Source of the DNA: Eledone cirrhosa
Taxonomy: Eukaryota
DNA length: 64,000 nucleotides
NCBI GenBank assembly: GCA_964016885.1
Contig: OZ024740.1
Span: 398,474,001-398,538,000, forward strand
Direction of reading: 5' to 3'
In this document: positions 31,232 to 44,170 of the stretch, one piece after another
Numbering within the stretch: the stretch's first letter is position 1
Layout: each line of letters begins with the position of its first letter
Translations under genes and position numbers: made by a program
Notes under the pieces: generated by a model
The model's input: only the letters and a program-made list of their open reading frames with translations
Told to the model about the DNA's origin: nothing
Databases searched by the model: none

Positions 31232-31960
31232 GTTTATCTGGCCTGGCAGTGCTACCGAGGCGCTCTACCAATTCGAGACAAAATCTACAGGCACGGACGC
31301 CCTGGCAGAGATCCTGCCAAAAGGACCTGTTCGAGATGCGAGCAGGACATCGAAACTGTTCTGTACGCAATTGTTCAGTGCCCAGGGGTGACCGACCTGT
31401 GGAATTATGTCGAACAGCTACTGAGTCCATCGTGAGGATCAACCCGCCGCCTTCATTTAAGAATGAAGGAGAGGTGGTTTTCCTCTGTCTGGTGGCTATG
31501 GCGAAAGAGGTAATATGGTGGACGAGGTTAAAAGGGCTGAGGGCAAACACCTTTCTCTCCGGACAACAACTTATCCCCTACTTAAGTATCACTTCAGAAG
31601 GTGGAGAGAGAGGTGCTACACCCCAGTAAATTCGCTGAAAGGTGGGTGAATGTGGCGAAAATGGCCCGAGTGAATGGGACTTCTCTGTATATAAACCTGT
31701 AGGTTGAGGAAGATAAACAGAGGGAAGACGGGAACACCTACAAAACGTGTTCCTGGTGTTGAGGGTTGTTCTATCCACGGGGTGTAAAACAACCCTGCAG
31801 TAACGTTCCCCCTCTATTGGGGATTTCAATTGTTACTTTATTATATATAGTCTATTCTTATTTATTAATGTTAAAGTTATATGTTTTTTATGTAAAACCC
31901 CCGCCGTCACGTCTTGTAATGTCCCGTTTTTGTACGCCCCTGTGGCAAATAAAGAAAGAT
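31232..31960 (+). pseudogene. Tx1/L1-group LINE 3' fragment in (TATC)n; second copy at 32108-32655 (-)
   Basis: LAWQCYRGALPIRDKIYRHG..C..C..ET..VQC zinc-knuckle region, AKEVIWWTR; ends AATAAAGAAAG. Confidence 0.7.
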
Positions 31961-32861
31961 ATCTATCTACGTAGCTAACTACCTATCTATCTACCTATTT
32001 ACCTGTCTATCTATAGCTAGGTATTTATTAATTTATATATATTTTTAGACAGGAAAAACAATAACAACAGCAAAGAACGGATCCCAATAGGAATCCGAAT
32101 ATAGATAGATTTCTTTATCTGCCACAAGGGCGCACAAGAAATGGGACATTACAAGACATGGGACGGCGTGGGTTTTACATGGAAACGTATAAATAAATTC
32201 AACAATTATTAATAAACAATAATTTCTAGTATAGGCACAAGGCCAGTAACTCGGGGGGGAGGGGAATGTCGATTAAATCGGCCCCAGTACATAACTGGTA
32301 CTTTATTTTATCGACCCCGTAAGGATGAAAGGCAAAGTTAACCCCGGCAGGATTTGAACTCAGACCGTAAAGGGACGTAACTCTATGCTGCAAAGCACGG
32401 CGTCTGACTCTCTACCGATACTGCCAATCCACCACCTTAACAATTATTAATAAACAATCGAAACCCTCAATAGGAGGGAACGTCACTGCGGGGTTGTTTT
32501 ACACCCGATAGATAGAACAACCCTCAATACCGAGAGCATGTTTTGTAAGTGCTCCAGTCTTCTCTCTTGTTTTCTTGGGATGCAACACCTCTCTCTCCAC
32601 CTTCCTTTTAAAATGGAATTTGAAAAAGGGGATGAGTTGTTGTCCGGAGACAGGTAGATAGATAGGCATAACAAAGTCGTCGTAATTTTCTGGAGAATGA
32701 CTAAACATATGAAAGAAAATAATTGTATTGGGTGTGGAATGAAATACGGCGACCAAGAAGATTCAAGAAATCTCGAGGATTCAAACATAGTTACATAGAA
32801 TGTTGTAAGTAAGGAATTATCAAATCAAATTTTTTTTTTTATGATAAACCCTATCAAGTTT

Positions 32862-33385
32862 ACTTGGTGATTTTGGACACCCTGCAGGATAAAAAACAAA
32901 ACCTGACAAAGGGCGGAAGAACTCATAACAGTCAACGGCCAGCTAAAATTGTGTAAATATGTATATACACATGTACATATATATGTATATACATGTATAT
33001 ATGTATATACATGTATGTATGTTTATGTATATGCGCGGGGGATATAAAAATAATTGGGCTAGATACCCGATCGCGCGGTCAGACCACTGGGAGTGAAAGA
33101 CCCCTAGCCTTTGTCAGGGCATTCTTCTAGGAGAAGGAAACTCAGGAAACTGGGATAACTCCGACATAAAACCTGCGGCTCAGTAGTTACTGATGGTGTT
33201 GATCTTTTCTTCTTTTCGGGTTATAGCTACTGTCACTCTGAGAGTGGGATTGGCTCAGTGCACAGTCTTAACTCACTTTAAAAAAAATCTTCACGCACAG
33301 GCATTGCACGATAGCATTAATTGATAATTATTAATAATGGTATATCGTGCAATGGCCATACTCAATAATGAGGGGGCAGCCAGCA
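32862..33385 (+). mobile_element. Diverged RTE-derived bipartite element
   Basis: 5'UTR homologous to the 17293-17837 family; 3' end matches the RTE terminus at 22328-22368. Confidence 0.6.
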
Positions 33386-33504
33386 TATGTATATATATGT
33401 GTGCCTGTCTGTATGTGTGTGTGTATGTATATGTAAATAATATATATATATATGTTTGTATGTATATACATACACAGACATATATGTGTATGTGTATAGG
33501 ATCA

Positions 33505-33822
33505 GAGCGTTGGGTGCACAAACGTGAGGTTGTGAGTTCGATTCTTTGACCGGGCAGTGCGTTGTGGTCTTGAACAAGACATTTTATTTCACGTTACTCT
33601 AGTTCACTCAGCTGTAGGAATGAATTTAGAAGTTAATGGTGCCAAGCTGTTACGGCCTTTGCCTTTCCTTTGAACGACATCAGTTGCATGTAAAGGGGTG
33701 ACTGGCATGCATGGACGACTGCTGGTCTTCCATAAAATACATTGCCCGGTCTTGTGCCTCTGAGGGAAACTTTCTAGGTTCAAAACCCATGGTCATTTGT
33801 GACAGAAATGGGCTTTTACCCT

Positions 33823-33823
<1 letters not shown>
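33505..33823 (+). mobile_element. tRNA-derived CORE-type SINE, long-tail family; copies 46555-46815 and 54201-54548
   Basis: GTGAGTTCGATT B box; CAGTTCACTCAGCTGTAG; shared tail GAGGGAAACTTTCTAGG. Confidence 0.8.
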
Positions 33824-33898
<75 letters not shown>

Positions 33899-33924
33899 TA
33901 TATATATACAAAGAGCCAGCACAT

Positions 33925-34750
33925 AGGAAGATGCCCGGAGTCCAGTATGTTATACCTGTGCACTATTAAGTCTGGCGATCAGGTGTGTTTCACAGCTAGT
34001 GACTTCAAAAAAACGATGGTATGTGCATCGGCACTCCATAAAGAACCGGAGTCTCAGTAACTCAACAATGCTGGCCAATAAAATAGTAATCAAGGATATG
34101 TAATAAGCTGGTCGAAACTATCGAATGCCAGAACCTACACGAATGGGATGTCCCAATGCGGATAATGCAATATGGAATTACTCCATAATCTGCAATATAA
34201 TACGACGTTACTAAATAGAAAAATCGGAACAATCTTCTGTAGGCACAAAGCAACCTCACTATCCATATAAACAACACAACTCCCCGGACTTACGGCATCT
34301 GCAAAATTGGCTCCACCGAACCACTATAACATCTCCTTATCATCGTTAACGGTTAATCACCTTACGAACGCAAACTTTCTACAACAATTCAAAGGTTACA
34401 TCATCAACCAATAGAATGCAAAATAATAAACTCCTGACCAATCGGACGCAAGAGTAGCTGACACTCCCTCAGTGATTAAGTATTCCTTCTTTAAAGACAC
34501 ACCCCTTCAACTCCCTTTCCCTTACATATAGCATCAATCATCCATTATAGCCACTGTCGCCCACAATCTGCACCTCTACCCGTTAAGCATCTATTTTTCA
34601 AAACACCTCCCATGCCAATTGTCATTATTTTTTTATCTTTTTGTTTCACCTTATCCCACTTTACTGTCCAGTTACTTTGTGTCCTCACTAGATACTTCCT
34701 ATTTTGACTTTCAACTCTACCAGTATTTTTGTTCTTCACTCCTTTATTAT
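33925..34750 (+). pseudogene. Degraded PLE GIY-YIG fragment plus 3'UTR
   Basis: FKKRWYVHRHS..STMLA..ISWS..CG*CNME..LLNRK..CRH. Confidence 0.7.
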
Positions 34751-34753
34751 ATA

Positions 34754-36615
34754 CTAGCAGTGGTACCCGGCGTTGCACGGGATAAGGTATTTTGACCTAA
34801 TCGTGGAAAAAATGCATGCCTGGACAATATGTAAAGAAAATAAACTGAATACTCTGATGGCTCGATAATCTTTAAGATTTTCCTCGATGAAGTAGGAAAA
34901 ATGCAGCTTTTCACCTAATGCGGGCCCTAGGGGATCAAAAAGTTGAATTTTTTATGTGCATAACACTCCCTGAAACATAACGCGGGCCGCCAACAGACAA
35001 TCGTGGAAAAACTGCATGCCTGGACAATATGTAAAGAAAATAAACCGAATGCTCTGATGCAATTAGTATTAGGTATGCTTTTCCTTCCACGTGGAGAAAA
35101 TCGGCTTGGTGCTTTTGTACTTTAATAAAGTGGCATGAGTCAGCAGACAGATGTCACCACTTATATCAGAGGGAAGTCTGCAATGCTTGAGCAAGGCATG
35201 ATGTGCAATCGGACAGCATGTGGAGCCTTCTCGAACGAGTCCACCGCACCTTAGTAAGTAAACGCAACTGGACAAACGTTTACCAAACTGTGGGTATAAT
35301 TTAACAATTTTACAGAGGAATGGTGCAATAAAATGGGCCCCGAGGCGTGTGCGTGTTCACTGGCCGCCCGAAACGAAAGAGTCGCCATCAGTTATTTCAA
35401 CGGCCCTAATAATGGACTTGTAAGCCGTTCACTGACACTCCAGTAACTACGGGTAACCATCAACAATTTCAAGTGGTGGCCCTAAAAAGGGCCATGTGAA
35501 CATTCTCTTAATAGTGACTTTCACTGCGTTCTCTGACATTTGGAGGGTATTACGGTTGCTTCCATTGGTAGCCTTTACAATGAATCAATGCGTTTGCGGC
35601 CCATTTAACAGCCACTAGCATTAAAGCTCGGCGTTACTCGGGGTCATTAAGTTACCAAAGTTAGGTTGCACCACCCATTTTATGGCAGCACTTTTTTGTC
35701 TGCCAGGCACTGGGTGAATGAATTGCAGACCTGGAAGCATGAGCTGCGCCAGCAGTGACAATTGTAGTTTCGCCTATGGATATTATCTCTGTGCAAAAAA
35801 GTGTTGAAATTTATTGTTTCACAGTACTTGCGCAACACGCGCGTAGACGATGCCAGCCGAACAACAGAGCTGCGATGGAGTTGTTCTGCATGGTTTTCTG
35901 TGTGTTTTCTAAATTTAAGACAGTAGGGAGGGTTGTGATATGAGGGAGAGTTAGCTGTTGTTTCTAGCAGGTTTAGTGACCTCATAGAGGATATGTGTTT
36001 TCTAAATTTAAGACAGTAGGGAATGGTGTGATATGGGGGAGAGTTAGCTGCTGATTCTAGCAGGTTTAGTGACCTCATAGAAGATATGTTTTCTAAATTT
36101 AAGACAGTAGGGAGGGGTGTGTATGGGGGAGAGTTAGCTGCTGTTTCTAGCAGGTTTAGTAACCTCATAGAGGATATGTGTTTTCTAAATTTAAGACAGT
36201 AGGGAGTGGTGTGGGGAGGGGTGTGATATGGGGGAGAGTTAGCTGCTGTTTCTAGCAGGTTTAGTAACCTCATAGAGGATATGTGTTTTCTAAATTTAAG
36301 ACAGTAGGGAGGGGTGTCAACGGACAGTATCACCATCAAGCTTGGAAAGAGAAAGTAGCAGAAAGTATGAAGTTGTATAGATTTTGAATGGTAGTAGAAA
36401 GAGTTCAGCAGTTTAAATGAAAGAGAAAAATCGTAAAATATTGAGTTTTATCTATTTTTTGCGTAATTGTGGGTGAAATTGAAAGAATTATCTGCGTCAA
36501 GACACAATCAAAACTATTTCGAATACTGAATTGTAAATTTCAATTGAAGAAATTCTATATCGTAGATTTCTATAACGAAGGAGCATGACCACACACTGAG
36601 CTTTATAGATTATGA
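34754..36615 (-). mobile_element. Non-autonomous Helitron
   Basis: Minus strand 5' A|TCATAATCTATAAAGCTC; 3' hairpin CCCGTGCAACGCCGGG then CTAG|T; no TSD; internal repeats. Confidence 0.75.
35898..36318. repeat. About 95-bp tandem repeat (about 4.5 units) inside the Helitron
   Basis: TGTTTTCTAAATTTAAGACAGTAGGGA recurs five times. Confidence 0.9.
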
Positions 36616-36617
36616 TA

Positions 36618-36660
<43 letters not shown>

Positions 36661-36704
36661 AAATATCGTCTTTTGTAAAAACAATATATGTATATATACA
36701 TATA

Positions 36705-36950
36705 ACCAAATGTTAAACAAATTTCATTGATTATTCAATGAATATAGTTTTACAATAGATTAAAAGCACTTAACAATGAAGTTTTCTGGAGTTATTAATA
36801 TTATTCAAAATATTAATAAATGGATACATTCACATAATCAAAATATTTTTTTTATTATATATATTTCGGAGGTACTGTATTACCTCCGAAATATATATAA
36901 TAAAACATTTTATTTTGATTATGTGAATGTATCCATTTATTAATATTTTG

Positions 36951-36958
<8 letters not shown>
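36705..36958 (-). mobile_element. Fold-back relative of the main PLE pLTR; another relative at 58630-58770
   Basis: Palindrome 36798-36958 with GAAA-TATATA-TA; tail ACTCCA..TTGTTAAGTGCTTTTA homologous to 38046-38072. Confidence 0.72.
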
Positions 36959-37022
<64 letters not shown>

Positions 37023-37124
37023 ATATCGTTTTTTGTAAAAACAATATATGTATATATATATATATATAAATGTAAGTATGTATCTGCCGTACTAAGAGTG
37101 AGAAATGAAATTTCATTCCTTTCC

Positions 37125-37194
<70 letters not shown>

Positions 37195-37484
37195 GAGTGA
37201 AGAATAAAAATACTGGTAGAGTTGAAAGTCAAAATAGGAAGTATCTATGTGTGTATATATATATGTGTGTGTGTGTGTATTTGTGTTATAGGGTGTTTCC
37301 TATTTGGTATTCGGGGGCTGTGATTGTGTCGCCCCAGTCAGGAAATTCATGAAGTAATAAGGAAAGAGTACTCGATGTCATGTGCATTCTACCAATTTTG
37401 ATATGGTATCGTATGTGTAGCGCAGGATTGTAGTATTATCGACTTACATAATCCTATCTAAAGTTTTTGTACTGTATATATTGT

Positions 37485-37517
<33 letters not shown>

Positions 37518-37578
37518 AATATATATATACATATATACGATATTAAATAAATGGAAATTATATTTATAAAACCATATT

Positions 37579-37644
37579 TATTTCATTATATATATTTCAG
37601 GGATATCATATTAAAAATATGTTATGCCTTCTTCAGACAAAATA
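37579..37644 (-). ncRNA. Hammerhead ribozyme in inverted pLTR arm
   Basis: Reverse complement of 37932-37997. Confidence 0.78.
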
Positions 37645-37786
37645 CAATATAGACAGTCTTATAAATAGATAGATTCGACATACCCTTTCAACATCGACTT
37701 GCATTTGAAAAGTTGATTTGGTAGTACAAATATTATGGACAGTTGTAAAAAGAAAGTTGTATGCATTTCTTCTTTTTCTTCGTTTT

Positions 37787-37826
<40 letters not shown>

Positions 37827-37931
37827 TTTACAACTGTCCATAATATTTGTACTACCAAATCAACTTTTCAAATGCAAGTCGATGTTGAAAGGGTATGTCG
37901 AATCTATCTATTTATAAGACTGTTTATATTG

Positions 37932-37997
37932 TATTTTGTCTGAAGAAGGCATAACATATTTTTAATATGATATCCCTGAAATATATATAATGAAATA
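37932..37997 (+). ncRNA. Type I hammerhead ribozyme in 5' pLTR
   Basis: TATTTTGT-CTGAAGA-AGG..CCT-GAAA-TATATA-TA-ATGAAATA; 8-bp stem I with 2 G-U; palindromic stem III. Confidence 0.8.
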
Positions 37998-38175
37998 AAT
38001 ATGGTTTTATAAATATAATTTCCATTTATTTAATATCGTAAATATACTCCAAATACTTGTTGAGTGCTTTTATATCAGTTATAAATATTTACTCGTTGTA
38101 ACCCAACAATTTAAATATAACTTTCCATGTATCTTGCTCCAATACTGTTGAGCGCTTTATATTATAACTGAAAAA

Positions 38176-40384
38176 ATGGAATTCTTTAAGATTACTTCCT
38201 CTTTAAAAGACATACCTCTACCTAGAAACAAAGACTTTATTAAACAATTAATAGATAAATCTGACTCTTTTATAAGGAGAATCAGGTGCCGAGCATTCCA
38301 CTTTGATAAATCTAATATAAATGAAAATGTCTCGGACTTAGACAAAGTTTTCAAATCTAAAAGAAATCCACCCCCCAACAAACTTTTATTTGACTTTGAA
38401 AACGATATAATTTCTATCATACAAGGAGTCAAATTCAAGAGAAACTTCGAAGGCCAGGAATATCTGAAAGGCATTAAGGATAATATTGAGAACTTAGAGA
38501 AAACTGAGAAGATCTTGGTGAAATCTGACAAGACCAACAACCTCTATGGAGTGCAAAAAGACATGTATAATGGCCTCATACTGAAAGAACTGAGGAAAAA
38601 GTACAAGGTAGCAGATAAGGCCGAGCTTGAGAAAATGAATGTTGAGGCATCTTGTATAATGCATGAGTTGGAAATTGAGAACAGAACACAACCTTTCGTG
38701 CCCAGGAAACCGAAGATCAATATGAAAGATCACAAAAGAAATTTTGAAAATGACTTGCCAGTCAGATTGATTGCACCATCAAAATCGGACCTGGGTAAAC
38801 TAAACAAAAACATTCTTGACAGGGTGATACAGCAAATTAAAAACTTGAATTGTTTGCCTAACTTGAGTTTGTGGAAGGGAACTGGAGAGGTTGTTGAGTG
38901 GTTTAAAGAAATTAAATATAATTCAACTAGATATTGCTAACTATTATTCTTCTATTACCCCTAATCTACTAAATAAGGCACTAAATTACGCATTCAAACA
39001 TACAGACCTAACTAGCAATGAAATGCACATTATATTATCGGCTAGGAAAACATTGATAGAATTTAATGACCAACTATGGACCAGAGCAGATAGAGATAAC
39101 AATTTTGACATTACTATGGGATCATCCGACTCAGCTCAGGTAACTGACCTTGTGGGCCTATTTTTAATCAATTCGCTGCATAGAAAAATACCCGGTGCTA
39201 CCTGAGGTTTATATAGAGATGACATGCTTTTACTTATTGAAAATAATAACTCTGAACTAAATAGAAAAAGAAAACAAATTACACAATTTTTTAATTACTT
39301 TAATCTAAAAATAGAAATTGAGAATAACCATAGAATAGTCAATTTCCTAGATGTAACATTAAATCTCAACACATGTCTTCACTATCCATTTCACAAGTTG
39401 AATGAAAACTTAAACTATGTCAGCTTTAACTCTAACCACCCCAGATCTGTTAAAAATACTATAGTAAACTCTGTTCAAAAACGTATCTCTAGAATCTCAT
39501 CTAATAAAAAGATTTTCGACGAAAAAGCCCAGTATTACAATGAAGCGTTAGCTAGAGCAGGATATAGTGATAAAATTATGTACATAGATAATGATAGACA
39601 AACTAAACAAAATAACAACTATTTTAATTACGGCCACAACTTTAACAACTATAATAGAAAGCATCACAATAATTCCAAAAGCCAAAAAAGAAATAGAACT
39701 AGGAATATAATATGGTTTGCCCCCCCCCCTTTCTCACTAAACATTAAAACCCAAATCACTAAACTATTTTTTAAAGCTCTTGATAATCGCTTCCCTGGAA
39801 CACATAGGTATCACTCAATTTTCAATAGACATACTATAAAATTAACCAACTCATCCACCAAAAATTTAGCACAAAATATTAATAGAATAAATAATAGGAA
39901 CTTAAAACCTAGCCAAAATACCGATAATAGCATAAATAATATCCAAGTTAACAAATGTAACTGTAGAGATAGATCTAAATATCCGTTAAATAACAATTGC
40001 TTAGTTAAAAATATAATATACAACTGTAATGTTAAAACGGACCTTAATTCTTTTAACTACGTTGGTTCCACATCGACGGAATTTAAACTTCGCTATAATA
40101 ACCACAAGAATTCTTTCACAGATCCAAGCAAAAAATCTTCAACAGCACTATCAGGGTTACTCTGGCAACTTAGACATGATAACGTTAGATATTCGACGGC
40201 TTGGAATATAGTCTCAAGAGGGATTCCTTTTAATTCATCCTCTGAGACATGTGACCTCTGCGCGGAGGAGATATTCTTTATACTAAAATCTAAAAATTCC
40301 CTTAATTTACGGACAAATTTATTCAGTTGTTGCAGACATAGATTGAACTCAACTTTTAAATATAAATTTAAATTTAAAATGTAG
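38176..40384 (+). pseudogene. PLE reverse transcriptase + C-terminal GIY-YIG endonuclease, disrupted by a frameshift near 38905-38925 and an in-frame TGA at 39203-39205
   Basis: KSDKTNNLY, KDHK..F....PVRLI, QLDIANYYSSI, FDITMGSSDSAQVTDLVGL, (*)GLYRDD, NFLDVTLNL, CNC linker, IIY..YVGST..FKLRYNNH, CDLC..E..LN..CRH. Confidence 0.92.
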
Positions 40385-41475
40385 TTTATTTAGTTTGATT
40401 TGTAATTATTTATGAAACTCGCAGATAAATCTTTCGATTTCTTCTTTTTTATTTTAAACATTCTTCATGAATAATTAACTACCCTAAAAGCTGACGCTCC
40501 AAATATATCGAATAAATTTTACACTAGATAAACTTCTATATTAAATATAAGAACATCTGTAGACCAAATGGGTATTGTAAACTTTTGGAATGTTTTCTGC
40601 TAGACAGGATTTGGTAAATAATTTTGGTTTTGTTTGCTTTTGACTCTGATGCTTATAATGAACTTGACAATATATTGTCGATTAACTTTAAAGGGCTGAT
40701 CTCTGTGGTGGATTTGCGGGGCATACTATGTTTTATTTTTTAATATTTTTTAATATTTTTTAATATTTTTTAACATTTTTAATATTTTTATTCTTAATTT
40801 TTTAGTTTTCTGTCTATTTATGTTTTGTTTCTGATATTTTTTTATTATTTTATTATTTCATTAATGTATTGGTGTCTGTTCTCTATTTCTGCTTGAACGA
40901 TGGTCATGTAGAGTAAAGACAAGAATAGTATTGTTAAAATTAATATAGACTCTATATATATATGTGTGTGTACACATATATGTATACTAGAATTTTTATA
41001 GCACAATGAGAATGTTTTCGTGTGAAATAGGAATTTGCAGAGCTGATCACGTAAATTCACATGTTTATAGTATTGAATATGGGATAACCTTCTATTTTAT
41101 CTCGGCTCTGGTGTGGACCTATGGATTTTTAAACTAGACATATGATCATTATTTTTCACACATTATAGATACGTGTCTCATTCATGAATACTGATATTTA
41201 CATTATAATGCCTGTTTTATACGATGAAACATAGTGTTTTAAATCTGCCTCGTTTATGTCTGGTTATTTTTCTTTTTTCTCTCTATATAACGGCTGTTTA
41301 CTCTCCTAACCACATATATCTCTCTCTACATTAATACTAGAGCTAAATAAATAAATAAATAAATAAATAAATGTATCATTGATACGTCATTCAACTGGTG
41401 CTCAACTACCTAGTTTCTTTCTCTCTATCTCTATCTATATCTATCTCTCTATATTTTCTCTCTCTATCTCTCTCT

Positions 41476-41506
<31 letters not shown>

Positions 41507-41757
41507 CCCTATATTTTTTTCCTCTCTATATATATCTCTCTCTGTTTCTTTACATGAATTTCTTTTCTCTATCTATCTTTCTATCTCTCTCTATTTAGTT
41601 GCATGCATTTCTTCTTTTTCTTCGTTTTTCTTTCTTTCTTTCTTTCTTTCTTTTTACAACTGTCCATAATATTTGTACTACCAAATCAACTTTTCAAATG
41701 CAAGTCGATGTTGAAAGGGTATGTCGAATATATCTATTTATAAGACTGTTTATATTG

Positions 41758-41823
41758 TATTTTGTCTGAAGAAGGCATAACATATTTTTAATATGATATC
41801 CCTGAAATATATATAATGAAATA
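41758..41823 (+). ncRNA. Type I hammerhead ribozyme in 3' pLTR
   Basis: Same sequence as 37932-37997. Confidence 0.8.
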
Positions 41824-42025
41824 AATATGGTTTTATAAATATAATTTCCATTTATTTAATATCGTAAATATACTCCAAATACTTGTTGAGTGCTTTTATA
41901 TCAGTTATAAATATTTACTCGTTGTAACCCAACAATTTAAATATAACTTTCCATATATACATATATATATATATATATATACATATATATATACATATAT
42001 ATACATATACATATATATATACATA

Positions 42026-42063
<38 letters not shown>

Positions 42064-42189
42064 TATATACATATCTATATATATATATATATATATATCT
42101 ATATATATACATATATACATACATATCTATATATATATATATATCTATATATATATATATATATATACATATCTATATATATATATATA

Positions 42190-42245
<56 letters not shown>

Positions 42246-42255
42246 TATATACATA

Positions 42256-42360
<105 letters not shown>

Positions 42361-42401
42361 AAGAACACAAGAGCGTCTACAACACCAAAAGATTTTTATT
42401 G

Positions 42402-42448
42402 GCTAACAATGTTTCTTCCTTACGTGTAATCGTAGGATTCGTCAGAGC
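42402..42448 (-). ncRNA. Type I hammerhead in element 42357-42705
   Basis: GCT-CTGACGA-ATCCTACG..CGTAAGGAA-GAAA-CATTG-TT-AGC. Confidence 0.65.
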
Positions 42449-42745
42449 TATAAAAGGGGTTTGATTGGTGTTATGGACTCTACCAACCAAACACTCAAGA
42501 ACAAAGAGTAAAGAGAGTAAAGAGCAAAAGTAGGGGACGATAAGTCTAATTTTGGTGCGGGGGGGTGGGGTGTGGGTCCTTGTTTACTAGCTGCGGTCAT
42601 ATTCATTCCCGGGAGTCGGGTGGTTAGCTGAACCATAGATGGGGTGGCGTCGATAGTATGGTGCAGAGGGTGCGCAGAGGCTACACAAACACAAAGGGCG
42701 TAGAATACATATATACATACATACATACATACATACATACATACA

Positions 42746-42777
<32 letters not shown>

Positions 42778-43599
42778 GCGGAGGAGAAGGTACATGAGGT
42801 AATTAGAAACCTAAGTATATATATATATATATGCAGTAGTCTACCTCCCTCTACAGTAGTCCTCCTCCCTTTACAGTCCGCCTTCTACAGTAGTCCTCCT
42901 CCCTCTACAGCCCTCCTTCTACAGTAGTCCTCCTCCTCATCCTTCTCTATATATATATATATAAAAGAGAGAGAGCGAGATCGAAGTTCCAGTTCAGCAT
43001 ATTATATTCATAATCAAACGTTCCAGGTGTCTCCCCAATGAGCAGGTCTGAACTTTAACAATTTAACTTTTAACCCGGCCAAAACCGGCTCTGCTTCTAT
43101 GAAAATAAAACCATCCATTTAAAAGGTTTCTAATTTGAATTAAAATCTTTCAACAAACTTTTATATAAGACCTTTACATTAAGTTACTATCTTAGTAATG
43201 AAATAATTATTAACTTTAGTAAATCTCTCAAAATTCTTTATTAATTAATTAAATAGGGTGTATTTCATTAGAAATGCAGTCATGGAAGGGTTAAACGGTT
43301 ACAATCAGCTCGACTCTAGCATCGAGATATGTTCATCTGTGTTTGTGTACGGCATCAGAGCTGTCAGTGTGATAAACCTACAGATATGTCATGGGGTAAG
43401 TGTGGATAATTTTTGAGTTACCCTCATATATACACAAACAAAATCAACTATTTCATTTAAAGTGGTTTACCTTAATGTATACTGCGCTTGAGAAATATAT
43501 GAACCTCATACAATTAGTGACTGGAGACATTTTGCTTTAGTTATATAAAATGGCAGACAATTAAAATGAAAGGAAACCCATGATAATAGAATGAAACAC

Positions 43600-44170
43600 A
43601 TTTGTTCTGTCGTATGACCCCTTCGAGACGTCAAATAGATCCTCTGGTTTTTCACCTAAGTGGACTGACCCGCTATTGAAGAATTGAGTCTTGCGAAAAT
43701 ACATACTTAGAGCAGGCTCAAATATATTGATGCAGGTAGACATACGTGTCAAATATATAGCCATAACTAGGAGTGCTCGCTTTAGATAACTTGGAGTAAA
43801 TGTCCATAATATCAAACTGGGTGGATGTAGCTGTAGGTATATAAAGAATATCTCTGAACCAGATTATGACTGAAGTACTGTTCTTCTTTTTCTATTGTTG
43901 TAGTTTAGTATTCTTACTAATGTACGTGTTCTCTTAATACTATCTTACTGGCTAGTTGTAACTCAGTTCTAACGGTCTTTAGCAATCTTCAGCTTCGTTT
44001 ATTGGTGAGGTCAGTCTTGTGAACCTTCTGTATTATATATGCCTCCGATATAGTTAAGAACTCAACTGTCTTATTGATATTTTATAATTTTGCAATGGTC
44101 TTAGTTTCATCATTGACAGTGTTGTTGATATTTATTTCACATAATTTATCTTTAAAAAATGATCATAACG
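43600..44170 (-). pseudogene. Old degraded PLE RT fragment; further remnant at 44885-44940 (+)
   Basis: QFDIMDIY, RKTQFFNSG..DLFDVSKGSYD; GSYDSKEVVCDLV. Confidence 0.65.

Larger units (their letters stand above)
37536..41954 (+). mobile_element. Near full-length Penelope-like retroelement (Hydra-clade-like) with pseudo-LTRs and 5' inverted partial pLTR, inserted in (TA)n
   Basis: Direct repeats 37755-38128 and 41597-41954; inverted partial copy 37536-37756; RT+GIY-YIG ORF between them; both ends abut (TA)n. Confidence 0.92.

Noticed and set aside
35680-36339. 219-aa repetitive ORF
   Set aside because: Product of the tandem repeat inside the Helitron.
43309-43401. Putative exon ending GG|GTAAGT; also short open frames at 7619-7770 and 8860-8995 (-)
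   Set aside because: No good splice acceptor or recognisable protein.
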